A stretch of 64,000 bases of DNA from Sphingorhabdus sp. Its GTDB lineage: Bacteria; Pseudomonadota; Alphaproteobacteria; Sphingomonadales; Sphingomonadaceae. The first letter of the stretch is position 1, and every line of letters starts with the position of its first letter. The notes beneath the pieces are model-generated. The model was not told where the DNA came from. It made no database searches and worked only from the letters and a program-made list of their open reading frames with translations. The position numbers and the translations under genes were made by a program. Location: NCBI RefSeq assembly GCF_029865925.1, contig NZ_JARXAI010000024.1, positions 26,681 through 90,680 on the forward strand, read 5' to 3'. Shown here in pieces: positions 37,958 through 48,066 of the stretch.

Positions 37958-38524
37958 ATGGAAGCTCATTCTCACGCGAATCCGATGACCTGGTACGGCA
38001 CCACCATCCTATCCGTCCGCAAAAACGGCAAAGTCGTCATTGCTGGCGATGGTCAGGTCTCGATGGGCCAGACGGTCATGAAACCAAATGCCAAGAAAGT
38101 CCGGCAATTGCACGATGGCTCAGTTATCGGTGGTTTTGCAGGTGCGACTGCCGATGCATTTACCCTGTTTGAACGGTTGGAACGCAAGCTTGAACAGCAT
38201 CGCGGGCAATTGATGCGCGCAGCGGTCGAATTGGCGAAGGACTGGCGGACCGACAAATATCTGCGCAACTTGGAAGCGATGATGATTGTCGCGGACAAGG
38301 ATGTGACCTTGATTCTGACGGGCAATGGCGATGTTCTAGAACCGAATGACGGGATTGCGGCGATTGGATCGGGCGGGAATTACGCTTTGTCAGCCGCCCG
38401 TGCACTTGCCGATTATGAGGCAGACTCCGAAAAAATGGCACGACATGCCATGAAAATTGCCGCCGAAATCTGCGTCTATACCAATGACCATCTGACGGTC
38501 GAAACCTTGGATAGCGGCCAGTAA
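37958..38524 (+). CDS. hslV: ATP-dependent protease subunit HslV
   Basis: TTILSVRK (catalytic Thr), [32 protein letters not shown] and IGSGGNYA. The start could also be 37985. Confidence 0.97.
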   Translation: MEAHSHANPMTWYGTTILSVRKNGKVVIAGDGQVSMGQTVMKPNAKKVRQLHDGSVIGGFAGATADAFTLFERLERKLEQHRGQLMRAAVELAKDWRTDKYLRNLEAMMIVADKDVTLILTGNGDVLEPNDGIAAIGSGGNYALSAARALADYEADSEKMARHAMKIAAEICVYTNDHLTVETLDSGQ

Positions 38525-38583
38525 ACAACCGTCACTCGCTCGCTTCACTTGAACGCCGTTCGCAACTTCCCATTTAGGCCGTA

Positions 38584-39888
38584 ATGAAAAACGCTCTCAC
38601 CCCAAAAGCCATTGTGGCTGCACTCGACGAACACATCATTGGCCAAGCAGACGCAAAGCGTGCCGTCGCGGTTGCACTGCGCAACCGGTGGCGCCGCCAA
38701 CGTCTCGGCGCGGATTTACGCGATGAGGTGACGCCGAAAAACATCCTGATGATTGGCCCCACGGGTTGCGGCAAGACTGAAATTTCCCGCCGTCTGGCCA
38801 AACTTGCCGATGCGCCTTTCATCAAAGTGGAGGCCACCAAATTCACCGAAGTTGGCTATGTCGGCCGCGACGTGGAACAAATTGCACGCGATTTGGCCGA
38901 AGAGGCCGTGCGCCTTGAAAAAGAACGGCGCCGCGAAGTTGTGCGTGAAGCCGCAGAAGCCGCAGCAATGGAACGGATATTAAAAACGCTGGCAGGTGAT
39001 ACCGCCAGCGAAGCCACACGCGAAGCATTCCGTCAACGAATCCGCGACCGTCATATGGATGAAGTGGAAATCGAGATTGAAGTTTCCGATGCCCCTAACA
39101 TGCCCATGGAAATTCCAGGCATGGGCGGCAATGTCGGCATGATCAATATTGGCGAAATGATGGGCAAAGCCTTTGGCAAGGACAATCTGAAACGGCGCAA
39201 GATGAAAGTCCCCGATGCTTGGACCAAGCTGGTCGAAGAAGAATCAGAAAAGCGCCTAGACCAAGATGACGTCAACCGTGTGGCACTTGCCGATGCGGAA
39301 GCCAATGGCATCGTATTCCTCGACGAAATCGATAAGATTGCCGTGTCGGACGCACGGGGCGGAGGCTCCGTCAGCCGCGAAGGCGTTCAGCGCGACCTGC
39401 TGCCGTTGATTGAGGGGACAACTGTCGCCACCAAATATGGCCCGATGAAAACCGACCATGTGTTGTTCATTGCGTCTGGTGCGTTCCACATCTCCAAGCC
39501 AAGTGATATGCTGCCTGAATTACAGGGCCGCCTGCCCATCCGCGTTGAACTGCGCGCGTTGGAGCATGCGGACTTCGTTCGTATTCTCTCGGAAACCCGC
39601 GCCAATTTGCCGACGCAGTATAAGGCGTTGTTGGCCACCGAAGAGGTAACGTTGGAATTCACCGATGATGCCATCGACGCGATCGCGCGCATTGCCTTTG
39701 ATGTGAATTCGACAGTGGAGAATATCGGTGCAAGGCGATTGCAGACCGTGATGGAAAAGCTGCTTGAAGACATCAGTTTTGATGCCGAGGACCGCAAGGG
39801 TGAAACGCTCAAAATCGACTCCGCTTATGTCAGTAAGCAGCTTTCCGGCATCGCCAAGGACACTGACTTATCCAAATATGTGCTTTGA
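38584..39888 (+). CDS. hslU: ATP-dependent protease ATPase subunit HslU
   Basis: [51 protein letters not shown] and ENIGARRL. Confidence 0.98.
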   Translation: MKNALTPKAIVAALDEHIIGQADAKRAVAVALRNRWRRQRLGADLRDEVTPKNILMIGPTGCGKTEISRRLAKLADAPFIKVEATKFTEVGYVGRDVEQIARDLAEEAVRLEKERRREVVREAAEAAAMERILKTLAGDTASEATREAFRQRIRDRHMDEVEIEIEVSDAPNMPMEIPGMGGNVGMINIGEMMGKAFGKDNLKRRKMKVPDAWTKLVEEESEKRLDQDDVNRVALADAEANGIVFLDEIDKIAVSDARGGGSVSREGVQRDLLPLIEGTTVATKYGPMKTDHVLFIASGAFHISKPSDMLPELQGRLPIRVELRALEHADFVRILSETRANLPTQYKALLATEEVTLEFTDDAIDAIARIAFDVNSTVENIGARRLQTVMEKLLEDISFDAEDRKGETLKIDSAYVSKQLSGIAKDTDLSKYVL

Positions 39889-39912
39889 CGTAAGCCGCTC
39901 TTTGCTCTGATA

Positions 39913-42786
39913 TTAGCGGGCGTCGGTCATGGGTCCAAGACCCTGTTGCGGTGCTACGACAAGTTTCCAAGCCTTGTCCTTCACAAAATAGCGTTTGGCC
40001 AGAGTTTGCAACATGGCCGGCGTTACGCTGTTGTAATCTCTGTAGAGCTTGCCCAACGCCACAAACCGTTCGGGATCATATGTGGCGCCCTTGAGCTGGT
40101 TTAGCCAAAATGTATTGCCGGACGCTGCACGCTCAATCGCCTGCTTAGTCGGCTCTACAGCACGTTGCAGTTCATCGGCGCTAACGGGATACGCGATAAG
40201 ATCTGCAGCAACAGCATCCGCAAAGGCAAAGAAGCAATCAACGTCGGCAGGTTTTACCTGCGCATAGGCCATAAGATACCCGCCGCTATTAAAGTCGACT
40301 GGCCAATTGGCGGCCATGTCAGGGCTGTAACTCGCCGCTTGTTCGGCGCGGAATTTTTCGAACAGCCGATCACGGAATATTGCCGCCAATGTTTCCAGCT
40401 GCCGCCCTTCGCTAATGCCGTTAATGCCGCCACCCGTCGGCCACGCCACGACGGCCGCCGCCTGATCGGAAGCGCCGCGATGCGTCAATCGCACTGGGGT
40501 CGAACTTGGCGCTGGGAAATGCATATCACGCGCCGCTGCTGACACTGCCAACGCCGCACGCGGCGCCATTGCGCCAAAACTTTTTTCAAGCGCCGACACC
40601 GCTGCAGCCTTGTCAAAGTCACCAAAGAGCATCACCTCGATTGGGCCTTGTGACATTAAGGGTTTCCAGAAGGATTCAAATTTCGCAGCATCGATGTTGG
40701 CAATTTCAGCGGGGGTAGCGGCCTTCCATCGCGCGTCCTTGTTACGCAATAGATACTCCAGATCGCGTTGTAACACGGACGTTGCCGACATTTCGTAGCT
40801 GGCATAGCCTGATGTTGCCAGTGCCTTGGCACGCTCAACCGGTGCGACATCCCAGCCCGGATGTTCCAGCTTCGTCGCAATCAGGGTCAGTTGGTCGGTA
40901 AGGTCATCCGGCCGCGTATTTGCGCCAAATTGAAATGCACTGTTGTCGACCGAAAAGTTTAGTTCAATCCGCCGTCCATTGACCATCTGATCAATTTCCG
41001 TACGCTTAATCTTACCGATGCCATTTTCTGGCATGACCAATGGCCCGGCCCATAGCAACCCGCCCTGATCTGGATTTACAGCCTGATAGCCATAGCCAAA
41101 ACGCACGAGCACTCGGATTTGACCGCTCTCTGCCTTATTCGGATATAGCAATGCGCGCACACCGTTGGACAGCTCAAGCCGGGTCATCTGCAACCGCGAA
41201 ACAGTATCCTCAATCACCAGCTTCCCCGGCGCACCCAATTTTGGCAGCGCCGCAAAGCCAAGCGTGTTCTCGGACAATCGCGCCGTTTTGTTGGCAGCTA
41301 CCGAAGCATTTAATGCAGCTAGCGCACGATTATCTGCGTTGGGGACGGAACTAGGCGAAGACAGCATGAGCCGCGTCACATCGGCCATGAATAGGTTCTG
41401 GGTTGATGCTAGCAGCCTTTGGGGCGTGAACTTGTCCTTCATGCCCTCATAGACTTGAACAACCGTTTTTGGGGCAGCAACGGTCTCCCGAATGTCGACG
41501 GCATTCACGATATCATCGGCCTGTTTGGCGGCAGCTTCAAAGGGGTAGCTGTCCAACATCGTGCGAAGCGCGTTACCGAACAACGTTTTCTCGCGGTCAA
41601 TGTCCGCGACCGAGGGCGCCGTCATTGTCGCATCTGCAACGATGGCGCGAACGTCGCGCGTTGCCGCCTCCCATTTGTCGCCAATGGGGGTGAGCGACAC
41701 CAATGTCGCATCTGCGGTACGCGAAATGTCTTCCTGGGCGATTTGGGCGACCAGATAATTTCCGCCGTTACGCGCTTGCACTTCAAGCCGGCGGTTAACG
41801 ATCTGAAGCGCCAATGCGTCGACCAGCAACTGCTCATTATAAGCAATTGTGTCGTTCACTTTGCGCCATGGACGCAAATAGGCAATGCTGACCGTCGTAG
41901 GCAATGTCGGCTCAATCAACACCCGTACAGGTGTGCCTTGCGGTGAAGGATCGCCAAACGGAGGTTCGGGCGCGCGTGGGCCAACGTCCTTCCAGTCGTT
42001 GAAATATTTCTGCACCAGATTCGCAAGCTGTGCTGGTTCCATGTCACCAGCCATCACCACGACGACATTTTCGGGGCGGTACCAGCGGTCATGAAATGCT
42101 CTCAGTCGAATGGCATCTGACGCCTGCAGCGTTTCTGGCGTTCCGATAGTAGATCGGTTCGCCAGCCGTTGCCCCTGAAACGCATGTTGGCGCAGAGCGT
42201 CGCTGTAGATCATCTGCGCACCGCTATTTTCCCGCAATTCGGCCAGAACAATGGCGCGCTCGGCATTCAGCGCTGTTGGCGAAATCCGCGGATTGCGGAT
42301 CATGCCGGAAATGATTTTGACTGACTCATCGAGTTTTTCGGGTGTCGCGTTCGGCAAATCAAGCTTGTAAACGGTCTGCGTCGGTGTCGTTTGGGCATTG
42401 CTGTCGCTGCCGAAGGTTACCCCAAACCTTTGCCAAATGCGTTTTGCTTCGCCATCGGGGACAAAGGTCGAACCGCGAAACGACAAATGCTCGATGAGAT
42501 GGGCAAAGCCTTGCTCATCATTATTCTCATGCAATGCGCCTGCATCAATCCGCACGCGGATGGAAACTTGCCCCGCCGGAACGTCATTCTTTTTTACCGC
42601 GTAGCGCACACCGTTGGGCAGCACGCCAAACGTCCATGTGTCATCGACAGGGACATCGCTGCCTTCGTACAACCAGGGCTGCGCAACAGGCTTGCCAACC
42701 TTGGTTGCGGCAGGCGCAGCTTGCGCGAAAGCGGGTGTAGAGAGCAGCAGGGCCGCAAAAGCGAGGGCATTGGAGAATGTGCGCAT
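39913..42786 (-). CDS. M16 (insulinase/PqqL-like) zinc peptidase, exported
   Basis: Signal peptide; LPNGVRY; inverted zinc motif AHLIEH; SNAQT; FHDRWYRPENV; second-half LSNGVRA. Start moved to MRTFSN. Confidence 0.92.
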   Translation of the reverse strand: MRTFSNALAFAALLLSTPAFAQAAPAATKVGKPVAQPWLYEGSDVPVDDTWTFGVLPNGVRYAVKKNDVPAGQVSIRVRIDAGALHENNDEQGFAHLIEHLSFRGSTFVPDGEAKRIWQRFGVTFGSDSNAQTTPTQTVYKLDLPNATPEKLDESVKIISGMIRNPRISPTALNAERAIVLAELRENSGAQMIYSDALRQHAFQGQRLANRSTIGTPETLQASDAIRLRAFHDRWYRPENVVVVMAGDMEPAQLANLVQKYFNDWKDVGPRAPEPPFGDPSPQGTPVRVLIEPTLPTTVSIAYLRPWRKVNDTIAYNEQLLVDALALQIVNRRLEVQARNGGNYLVAQIAQEDISRTADATLVSLTPIGDKWEAATRDVRAIVADATMTAPSVADIDREKTLFGNALRTMLDSYPFEAAAKQADDIVNAVDIRETVAAPKTVVQVYEGMKDKFTPQRLLASTQNLFMADVTRLMLSSPSSVPNADNRALAALNASVAANKTARLSENTLGFAALPKLGAPGKLVIEDTVSRLQMTRLELSNGVRALLYPNKAESGQIRVLVRFGYGYQAVNPDQGGLLWAGPLVMPENGIGKIKRTEIDQMVNGRRIELNFSVDNSAFQFGANTRPDDLTDQLTLIATKLEHPGWDVAPVERAKALATSGYASYEMSATSVLQRDLEYLLRNKDARWKAATPAEIANIDAAKFESFWKPLMSQGPIEVMLFGDFDKAAAVSALEKSFGAMAPRAALAVSAAARDMHFPAPSSTPVRLTHRGASDQAAAVVAWPTGGGINGISEGRQLETLAAIFRDRLFEKFRAEQAASYSPDMAANWPVDFNSGGYLMAYAQVKPADVDCFFAFADAVAADLIAYPVSADELQRAVEPTKQAIERAASGNTFWLNQLKGATYDPERFVALGKLYRDYNSVTPAMLQTLAKRYFVKDKAWKLVVAPQQGLGPMTDAR

Positions 42787-42845
42787 GTCACTCCTCATAA
42801 GGCACGTGCAGCTTGACCGCACATGAACGAGACGACAAACTCGGC

Positions 42846-43604
42846 TTAAATTCCACCATCGACAGTATCATAACCCAAGCCGCGTAGGCCAAGTTGCAAC
42901 GCCTCGACGCATTCTGCCAATTTATGCGCATCGGTGGTGCGCACCACAAAGTTCGCGCCGACCTTGCCTTCGCGGAAAAACGGATAGCTGCCGATCTGGC
43001 ATCCTTCATGATGCTTTTCGGTATCACCAAGCAATTTGGCCACTTCGCTTTCGGCGACCCAGCAGCCGATTTGTTGTGACAATAACGGCGCACCGCCCTC
43101 AAGCGTGCCTGTCAATGCGTCCAACATGCCGGCGGTGATATGCGGAACACCGGCCATGATAAAGATATTGCCGTGCCGGATTCCCGGCGCGCCCGACATT
43201 TTGTTGGGAATAAGTTCAGCGCCGTCTGGCACACGCGCCATGCGCAAACGGCCCGGATTGATCCCGCCACGCGTTTCATAATATGCATGTAGCACTGCGC
43301 TTGCCTCGGGGTGAATGACAACCTCTACGCCCAATGCAGCCGCAATTGCGTCCACCGTGATGTCATCGTGGGTCGGGCCGATGCCGCCTGTCGTAAATAA
43401 ATAATCGTTGCGCGCGCGAAGCGCGTTGACGGCCTCGACAATCGATTCCTCAACATCAGCAACAACGCGCACTTCTTTTAGGCGAATACCCTGAATATTC
43501 AGCCAAAGAGCGATTTGGCTGACATTTTTGTCCTGTGTCCGGCCAGAAAGGATTTCATCGCCAATGATGACAAGGGCGGCGGTGTAGATGCGAGATTCTG
43601 TCAT
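42846..43604 (-). CDS. CinA-like molybdopterin-binding domain protein
   Basis: IIGDEILSGRTQDKN, TTGGIGPTHDDIT, APG..IGNI..MAGVP and IGSYPF. Confidence 0.88.
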   Translation of the reverse strand: MTESRIYTAALVIIGDEILSGRTQDKNVSQIALWLNIQGIRLKEVRVVADVEESIVEAVNALRARNDYLFTTGGIGPTHDDITVDAIAAALGVEVVIHPEASAVLHAYYETRGGINPGRLRMARVPDGAELIPNKMSGAPGIRHGNIFIMAGVPHITAGMLDALTGTLEGGAPLLSQQIGCWVAESEVAKLLGDTEKHHEGCQIGSYPFFREGKVGANFVVRTTDAHKLAECVEALQLGLRGLGYDTVDGGI

Positions 43605-43666
43605 AGGCACGCGATAGCATAATTCACCCTCTCGCAAAGTGCGGAATATTGCCTTATGTCGGATGC

Positions 43667-44494
43667 ATGGAACAATATGTACGCGTTACGCCCGAAGAGG
43701 CGATGCAAGCCCGCGACGGGACGATCAAATTGCACGGGTCAGAGGGCTTTGACGGTATGCGCAAGGCTGGACGCCTTGCCGCAGAAATCCTTGACGCATT
43801 GGTGCCACATGTCGTGCCCGGCGTAAGTACAGAAGAACTCGATGACATTGTGCGCGAGATGACGATGCGCGGCGGAGCCGTTCCCGCCACTTTGGGCTAT
43901 CGCGGCTATACGCATAGCTGCTGTATTTCGATCAACCATGTCATTTGCCACGGCATTCCGTCGGACAAAAAATTGAAGGATGGCGACATCGTCAACATCG
44001 ACGTCACGCCGCAACTGGGCGGCTGGCACGGCGACACCAGCCGCATGTTCTTGGTCGGCGATGTGCCTGTGAAGGCCAAGCGCTTGGTGGACGTTACCTA
44101 TGAATGCCTGATGCTGGGCATTGAAGCGGCCAAGCCCGGCAACCATGTCGGTGACATAGGTCATGCCATTCAAACCCACGCCGAAAAGCACCGTTACGGT
44201 GTGGTTCGCGATTTTTGCGGGCATGGCCTTGGCCAATTGTTCCACGACGCCCCCGAAATCGTCCATGTCGGCCGCCCCGGCACTGGCCAAGAAATCCGTC
44301 CTGGCATGATCTTTACGATTGAGCCCATGATCAATATCGGCAAGGCCGCCGGCAAAGTCCTCGACGATGGCTGGACGGCGGTAACGCGCGATCGCAGCCT
44401 GTCTGCGCAGTTTGAACATAGCATCGGCATCACCGAAGACGGCTGCGAGATTTTTACCAAGAGCCCCAAGGGTTTTGATCAGCCGCCTTATTAA
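43667..44494 (+). CDS. map: Methionine aminopeptidase type I
   Basis: CISINHVICHGIP, NIDVT, HGDTSRM, GHG.G..FH, FTIEPMIN and SAQFEHSIGIT. Confidence 0.97.
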   Translation: MEQYVRVTPEEAMQARDGTIKLHGSEGFDGMRKAGRLAAEILDALVPHVVPGVSTEELDDIVREMTMRGGAVPATLGYRGYTHSCCISINHVICHGIPSDKKLKDGDIVNIDVTPQLGGWHGDTSRMFLVGDVPVKAKRLVDVTYECLMLGIEAAKPGNHVGDIGHAIQTHAEKHRYGVVRDFCGHGLGQLFHDAPEIVHVGRPGTGQEIRPGMIFTIEPMINIGKAAGKVLDDGWTAVTRDRSLSAQFEHSIGITEDGCEIFTKSPKGFDQPPY

Positions 44495-44501
44495 GGCTTT
44501 G

Positions 44502-44527
44502 TGGCATTGGCATTGGCATTGGCATTG
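44502..44527. repeat. Hexamer tandem repeat (TGGCAT)x4.3
   Basis: TGGCATTGGCATTGGCATTGGCATTG in the gap between convergent map and argC. Confidence 0.9.
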
Positions 44528-44567
44528 AGACACCTGAACGCGTCAGAGGTGTTTGGTTGAAATCGGG

Positions 44568-45503
44568 TTACAACCGCAACCCAGCCGTCTCGTCCAACCC
44601 CGCCATGATGTTTAGGTTTTGCACCGCCGCGCCGCTTGCGCCTTTACCGAGATTGTCGAGCATCGCCAGCAACCGCACTTGTGACCCGTCGGGCGACGCC
44701 AGCACATAAAGGTCAAGCCGGTCGGTCGGCGCTTGGTCCGCATGCATCAGCAATTCGGATGGTGCGGCTTCGGTGTGCACAGTAACCACTGGCGACCCCG
44801 CATAATGCGCAGCGAGTGCAGCGCGTAACGCATCTGCGCTGCCAGCCTTTGGCATCGCGAACAACGGCAGAGGCACCTCGACGATCATGCCGCGAAGGGC
44901 GCGAACGACGGCAGGGGCGAATATGGGCGCGTGGGCAAGGCCGGCATGGACCTGCATTTCGGGCACATGCTTATGGGCAAGGTCCAGGCCGTAAGTACGA
45001 AAGCCGATATCCGTGCCGTCACCTTCGAACCGTTGTATCAACGCCTTACCGCCACCTGAATAGCCCGACACCGCGTTGACGGTGTACGGCCAGTCGGCAG
45101 GGATCAAGCCAGCGGCCACCAATGGCGCGACGAGGCCCAAAAATCCGGTGGGGTAGCAACCGGGGTTGCTAACCCATCGCGCAGACGCAATATGTTCGCG
45201 CTGGCCAATGCGATACTCGGCAAAGCCATAAGCCCAATTGGGGTCAATACGATAGGCGGTTGATGCATCAATGATTCGGGTGTGGCTGGACGTGGTCATG
45301 GCCACCGCCTCTTTCGCGGCATCATCTGGCAAGCAGAGGACGACGAAATCGGCGTCGTTCAATGCTTCGCGCTTGGCGGCGGGGTCTTTGCGCTTATCAT
45401 CATCAAGCAAAATCAGTGCAAACTCCGCGCGTCCAGCAAGCCGGTCGGCGATCTCAAGCCCAGTGGTGCCCGCTGCCCCGTCGATGAAGATAGATTTGGT
45501 CAA
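44568..45503 (-). CDS. argC: N-acetyl-gamma-glutamyl-phosphate reductase (type 2)
   Basis: FIDGAAGTTGL, LCLPD, IIDASTAYR, SNPGCYPT, SGYSGGG and DNLGKGASGAAVQNLN. Confidence 0.96.
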   Translation of the reverse strand: MTKSIFIDGAAGTTGLEIADRLAGRAEFALILLDDDKRKDPAAKREALNDADFVVLCLPDDAAKEAVAMTTSSHTRIIDASTAYRIDPNWAYGFAEYRIGQREHIASARWVSNPGCYPTGFLGLVAPLVAAGLIPADWPYTVNAVSGYSGGGKALIQRFEGDGTDIGFRTYGLDLAHKHVPEMQVHAGLAHAPIFAPAVVRALRGMIVEVPLPLFAMPKAGSADALRAALAAHYAGSPVVTVHTEAAPSELLMHADQAPTDRLDLYVLASPDGSQVRLLAMLDNLGKGASGAAVQNLNIMAGLDETAGLRL

Positions 45504-46402
45504 AACGCAACCCGCTTACGTGCCAATATCGGCTCATCGTACTCGGCAAATCGGGCCGCAGCATCCGCTAGGGGTTCAACACTGACCGCCATTGCGGTGC
45601 CATTAGCGTGAATGATGTTTTCGGCATCCGCCATGATCCCAACATGCCCCGGAAAGAAAACCAGGTCACCACGCTGCAACACAGCATCATCCGGCAAATC
45701 CACGCCAAAATCGGCTTGCTGCATATCGGCATCGCGCGGGGCCAGAATGCCCTTTAGGCCAAAGACTAATTGCACAAGGCCAGAGCAATCAATGGCATCG
45801 CCACTGCGTCCGCCCCAGCTATAGGGCGTGCCAATCAACTGCTCAGCCAAATCAGCGGGCGACGCTGCGACGCTTCCAATTTCCGACAGATGCGCGCGCG
45901 GCACAAATCCATTTTCGCACGCCAGATAATTGCCACATTCGCTCGGCGATCCACACAGCAATTGCGCTCCCATGGGGTAGCGCGCGAGGACGCGCGCCTT
46001 GGCCGATGGCGCAGCCACCAATAACGTCGCTGCCGCGCTGACGATATGCGTTGCGTCAAAATCATCGCCGAGCTCGGCAAAGCGGACATAGCCCAAATAA
46101 TTGTCATGCAGGCAATAGCCCCATGCCCAGTCACCCGCGACATCAAGAACGGCAAATTCCTCGCCATGCATAAGCGCGCTGACGGGCATTGAGGTCGCAT
46201 GGGCTTCGGCATAAATTTCAGTTACCGGCGTAATGCCAGTACGCAGCATGGGTACCGCATAATGCGGCGCAAACAACTTTCCGGCCAGACTAATATCGGC
46301 AAGGTCGCCACGGATCGGCGTTGTGCGCTTATCTCCCACAAGGCTATGCCCGCTTAATGTATAAATAGGCCGCTCGCCCGCCTGTATATGACCGTCCACC
46401 AA
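45500..46402 (-). CDS. NlpC/P60 (C40) peptidase with SH3-like N-terminal domains
   Basis: GTPYSWGG..G..IDCSGLVQ, PRDADMQ, GDLVFFPGHVGI and IIHAN. Confidence 0.92.
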   Translation of the reverse strand: MVDGHIQAGERPIYTLSGHSLVGDKRTTPIRGDLADISLAGKLFAPHYAVPMLRTGITPVTEIYAEAHATSMPVSALMHGEEFAVLDVAGDWAWGYCLHDNYLGYVRFAELGDDFDATHIVSAAATLLVAAPSAKARVLARYPMGAQLLCGSPSECGNYLACENGFVPRAHLSEIGSVAASPADLAEQLIGTPYSWGGRSGDAIDCSGLVQLVFGLKGILAPRDADMQQADFGVDLPDDAVLQRGDLVFFPGHVGIMADAENIIHANGTAMAVSVEPLADAAARFAEYDEPILARKRVAF

Positions 46403-46475
46403 CTGTTTCTATCCCTGACCTAATAGCATGTGCCCCAGGCGAGGCCGGGGAACACATCAAATGATATATGGCACC

Positions 46476-47864
46476 CTAACGCGCCGGGTATCTTTCCGCC
46501 AGATAGCCGAAGACCGCACGCAATCCAAGGGCCTCTCCACCCTTTGGCCTGCCGGGCTTGCTGCTGGGTCGCCAGGCGAATGTATCAAGATGCACCCAAG
46601 GCACATTGTCGGGGACAAATTTCTGTAAAAACAACGCGGCGGTAACTGCGCCTGCAAATCCGCCGCCACTGTTAGACATGTCGGCGATGTCGCTATCGAG
46701 CATTTCCATATATGGCGACCAAAGTGGCATGTGCCATAAGGGGTCCGTCGCTGCTTTCGATGCGGCAAGAAGGCCAATCGCGATGCTGTCATCATTGCTG
46801 AACATCGCCGGCAGGTCGGGCCCAAGCGCGACACGCGCCGCACCGGTCAGCGTGGCGAAATCAATGATCAGTTCCGCCTTATCTTCTATCGCTTTGGTTA
46901 GTGCGTCGGCCAGCACCAAGCGTCCTTCGGCATCGGTATTGTCGATTTCAACGGTAATGCCCTTGCGGCTTTTAATGATATCGCCCGGCCGCATCGCGTT
47001 GCCCGATATGCTGTTTTCTGCAGCGGCCACAAGCATATGTAAACGAACGGGCAAATGCGCCGCCATGATCAGCTCGGCCAGCGCCAATGCGTGTGCTGCG
47101 CCGCCCATATCCTTTTTCATCAAGCGCATGCCCGTCGAAGGCTTGATATCCAGCCCGCCCGTGTCAAAGGTAATCCCCTTGCCCACAATCGCAACGCGCG
47201 GGTGGCGCGGGTCGCCCCACTCAAGCTCAATAAGACGCGGCGCATGTTCGCGCGTTGCCGCCTTGCCAACCGCATGAATGAGCGGATAGCCGGCTTCCAA
47301 AGGCTCACCAGCTGTCACCGTAACCTCTGCCTTATGCGCCTTTGCGATCCGTTTTGCCTCTACCTCCAGCGCGTTTGGCCCAAGGTCCCCCGCTGGCCGG
47401 TTCACAAGATCGCGCACCAATGCCGTCGCGGTTGCCTGCAACGCGGCCATGGTAATGCGCGCAGGCTCCTTCACCAACAAAACCCGTGGCCCTGTCAGCT
47501 TTGGTTCGCTCAGATATTCATAATAGCGATACTGCCCCAGCATCCAGCCAAGCATAGCCTCGCTGGCATCATAATCGGCGAGCCGATATACACCCTCGGG
47601 CAAGCTGTCCGCCAGCTTTGCCAAATGCCACAAGCTCGGTGCCGAAACATCAGTTACGCCCGCCGCCACAGACCATTCGCCCAGTTTATCAGCGGGCAAG
47701 ATAGCTATATCGTTGGCGCCACCTTCGAACTTCTGTGCCTTGATCGCAGTTCGCACGGCATCAGGTTGAAGCGCAAGCCACGTTTCAAATCGGCTTTTGT
47801 CGGTCACATGAATCAGGGTGGCGGCCTGCCCGTTGTCAGGCTGAATTAAAGTGTCATACTGCAT
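46476..47864 (-). CDS. Leucyl aminopeptidase family (M17) protein
   Basis: VGKGITFDTGGLDIKP, MKKDMGG, NTDAEGRL and DFATLTGA. Confidence 0.95.
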   Translation of the reverse strand: MQYDTLIQPDNGQAATLIHVTDKSRFETWLALQPDAVRTAIKAQKFEGGANDIAILPADKLGEWSVAAGVTDVSAPSLWHLAKLADSLPEGVYRLADYDASEAMLGWMLGQYRYYEYLSEPKLTGPRVLLVKEPARITMAALQATATALVRDLVNRPAGDLGPNALEVEAKRIAKAHKAEVTVTAGEPLEAGYPLIHAVGKAATREHAPRLIELEWGDPRHPRVAIVGKGITFDTGGLDIKPSTGMRLMKKDMGGAAHALALAELIMAAHLPVRLHMLVAAAENSISGNAMRPGDIIKSRKGITVEIDNTDAEGRLVLADALTKAIEDKAELIIDFATLTGAARVALGPDLPAMFSNDDSIAIGLLAASKAATDPLWHMPLWSPYMEMLDSDIADMSNSGGGFAGAVTAALFLQKFVPDNVPWVHLDTFAWRPSSKPGRPKGGEALGLRAVFGYLAERYPAR

Positions 47865-48033
47865 ATACGTAGCGATAGCGGCAATGACACGCGAACGGGA
47901 GAAGTTTTAGGAACGTCGCGCATTTTTATGTGCATGGTTATGATTGCGAACATCGGGCTATCGCACATCCAACCCCCGCACCGAACAGCCCGAGCAAATG
48001 GCTGCGGCTATTCGGCTTTGCTGCCAAGGACAG

Positions 48034-48060
48034 CTGACGGGCGTTATAAGCGCCCGTCAG
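48034..48060 (-). terminator. Strong hairpin downstream of the monooxygenase gene
   Basis: Perfect 10-bp stem CTGACGGGCG/CGCCCGTCAG with a 7-nt loop, 6 nt after the stop; no clear U-tract. Confidence 0.45.
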
Positions 48061-48066
48061 AGCGCA

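Noticed and set aside
43739-44533. 264-aa antisense ORF opposite map, beginning in the TGGCAT repeat (QCQCQC)
   Set aside because: Shadow of map codon bias; no motifs, and the Cys repeat comes from the microsatellite.
47055-47849. 264-aa and 239-aa plus-strand ORFs opposite the M17 peptidase
   Set aside because: Fully antisense to a confidently identified gene, with no recognisable domain.
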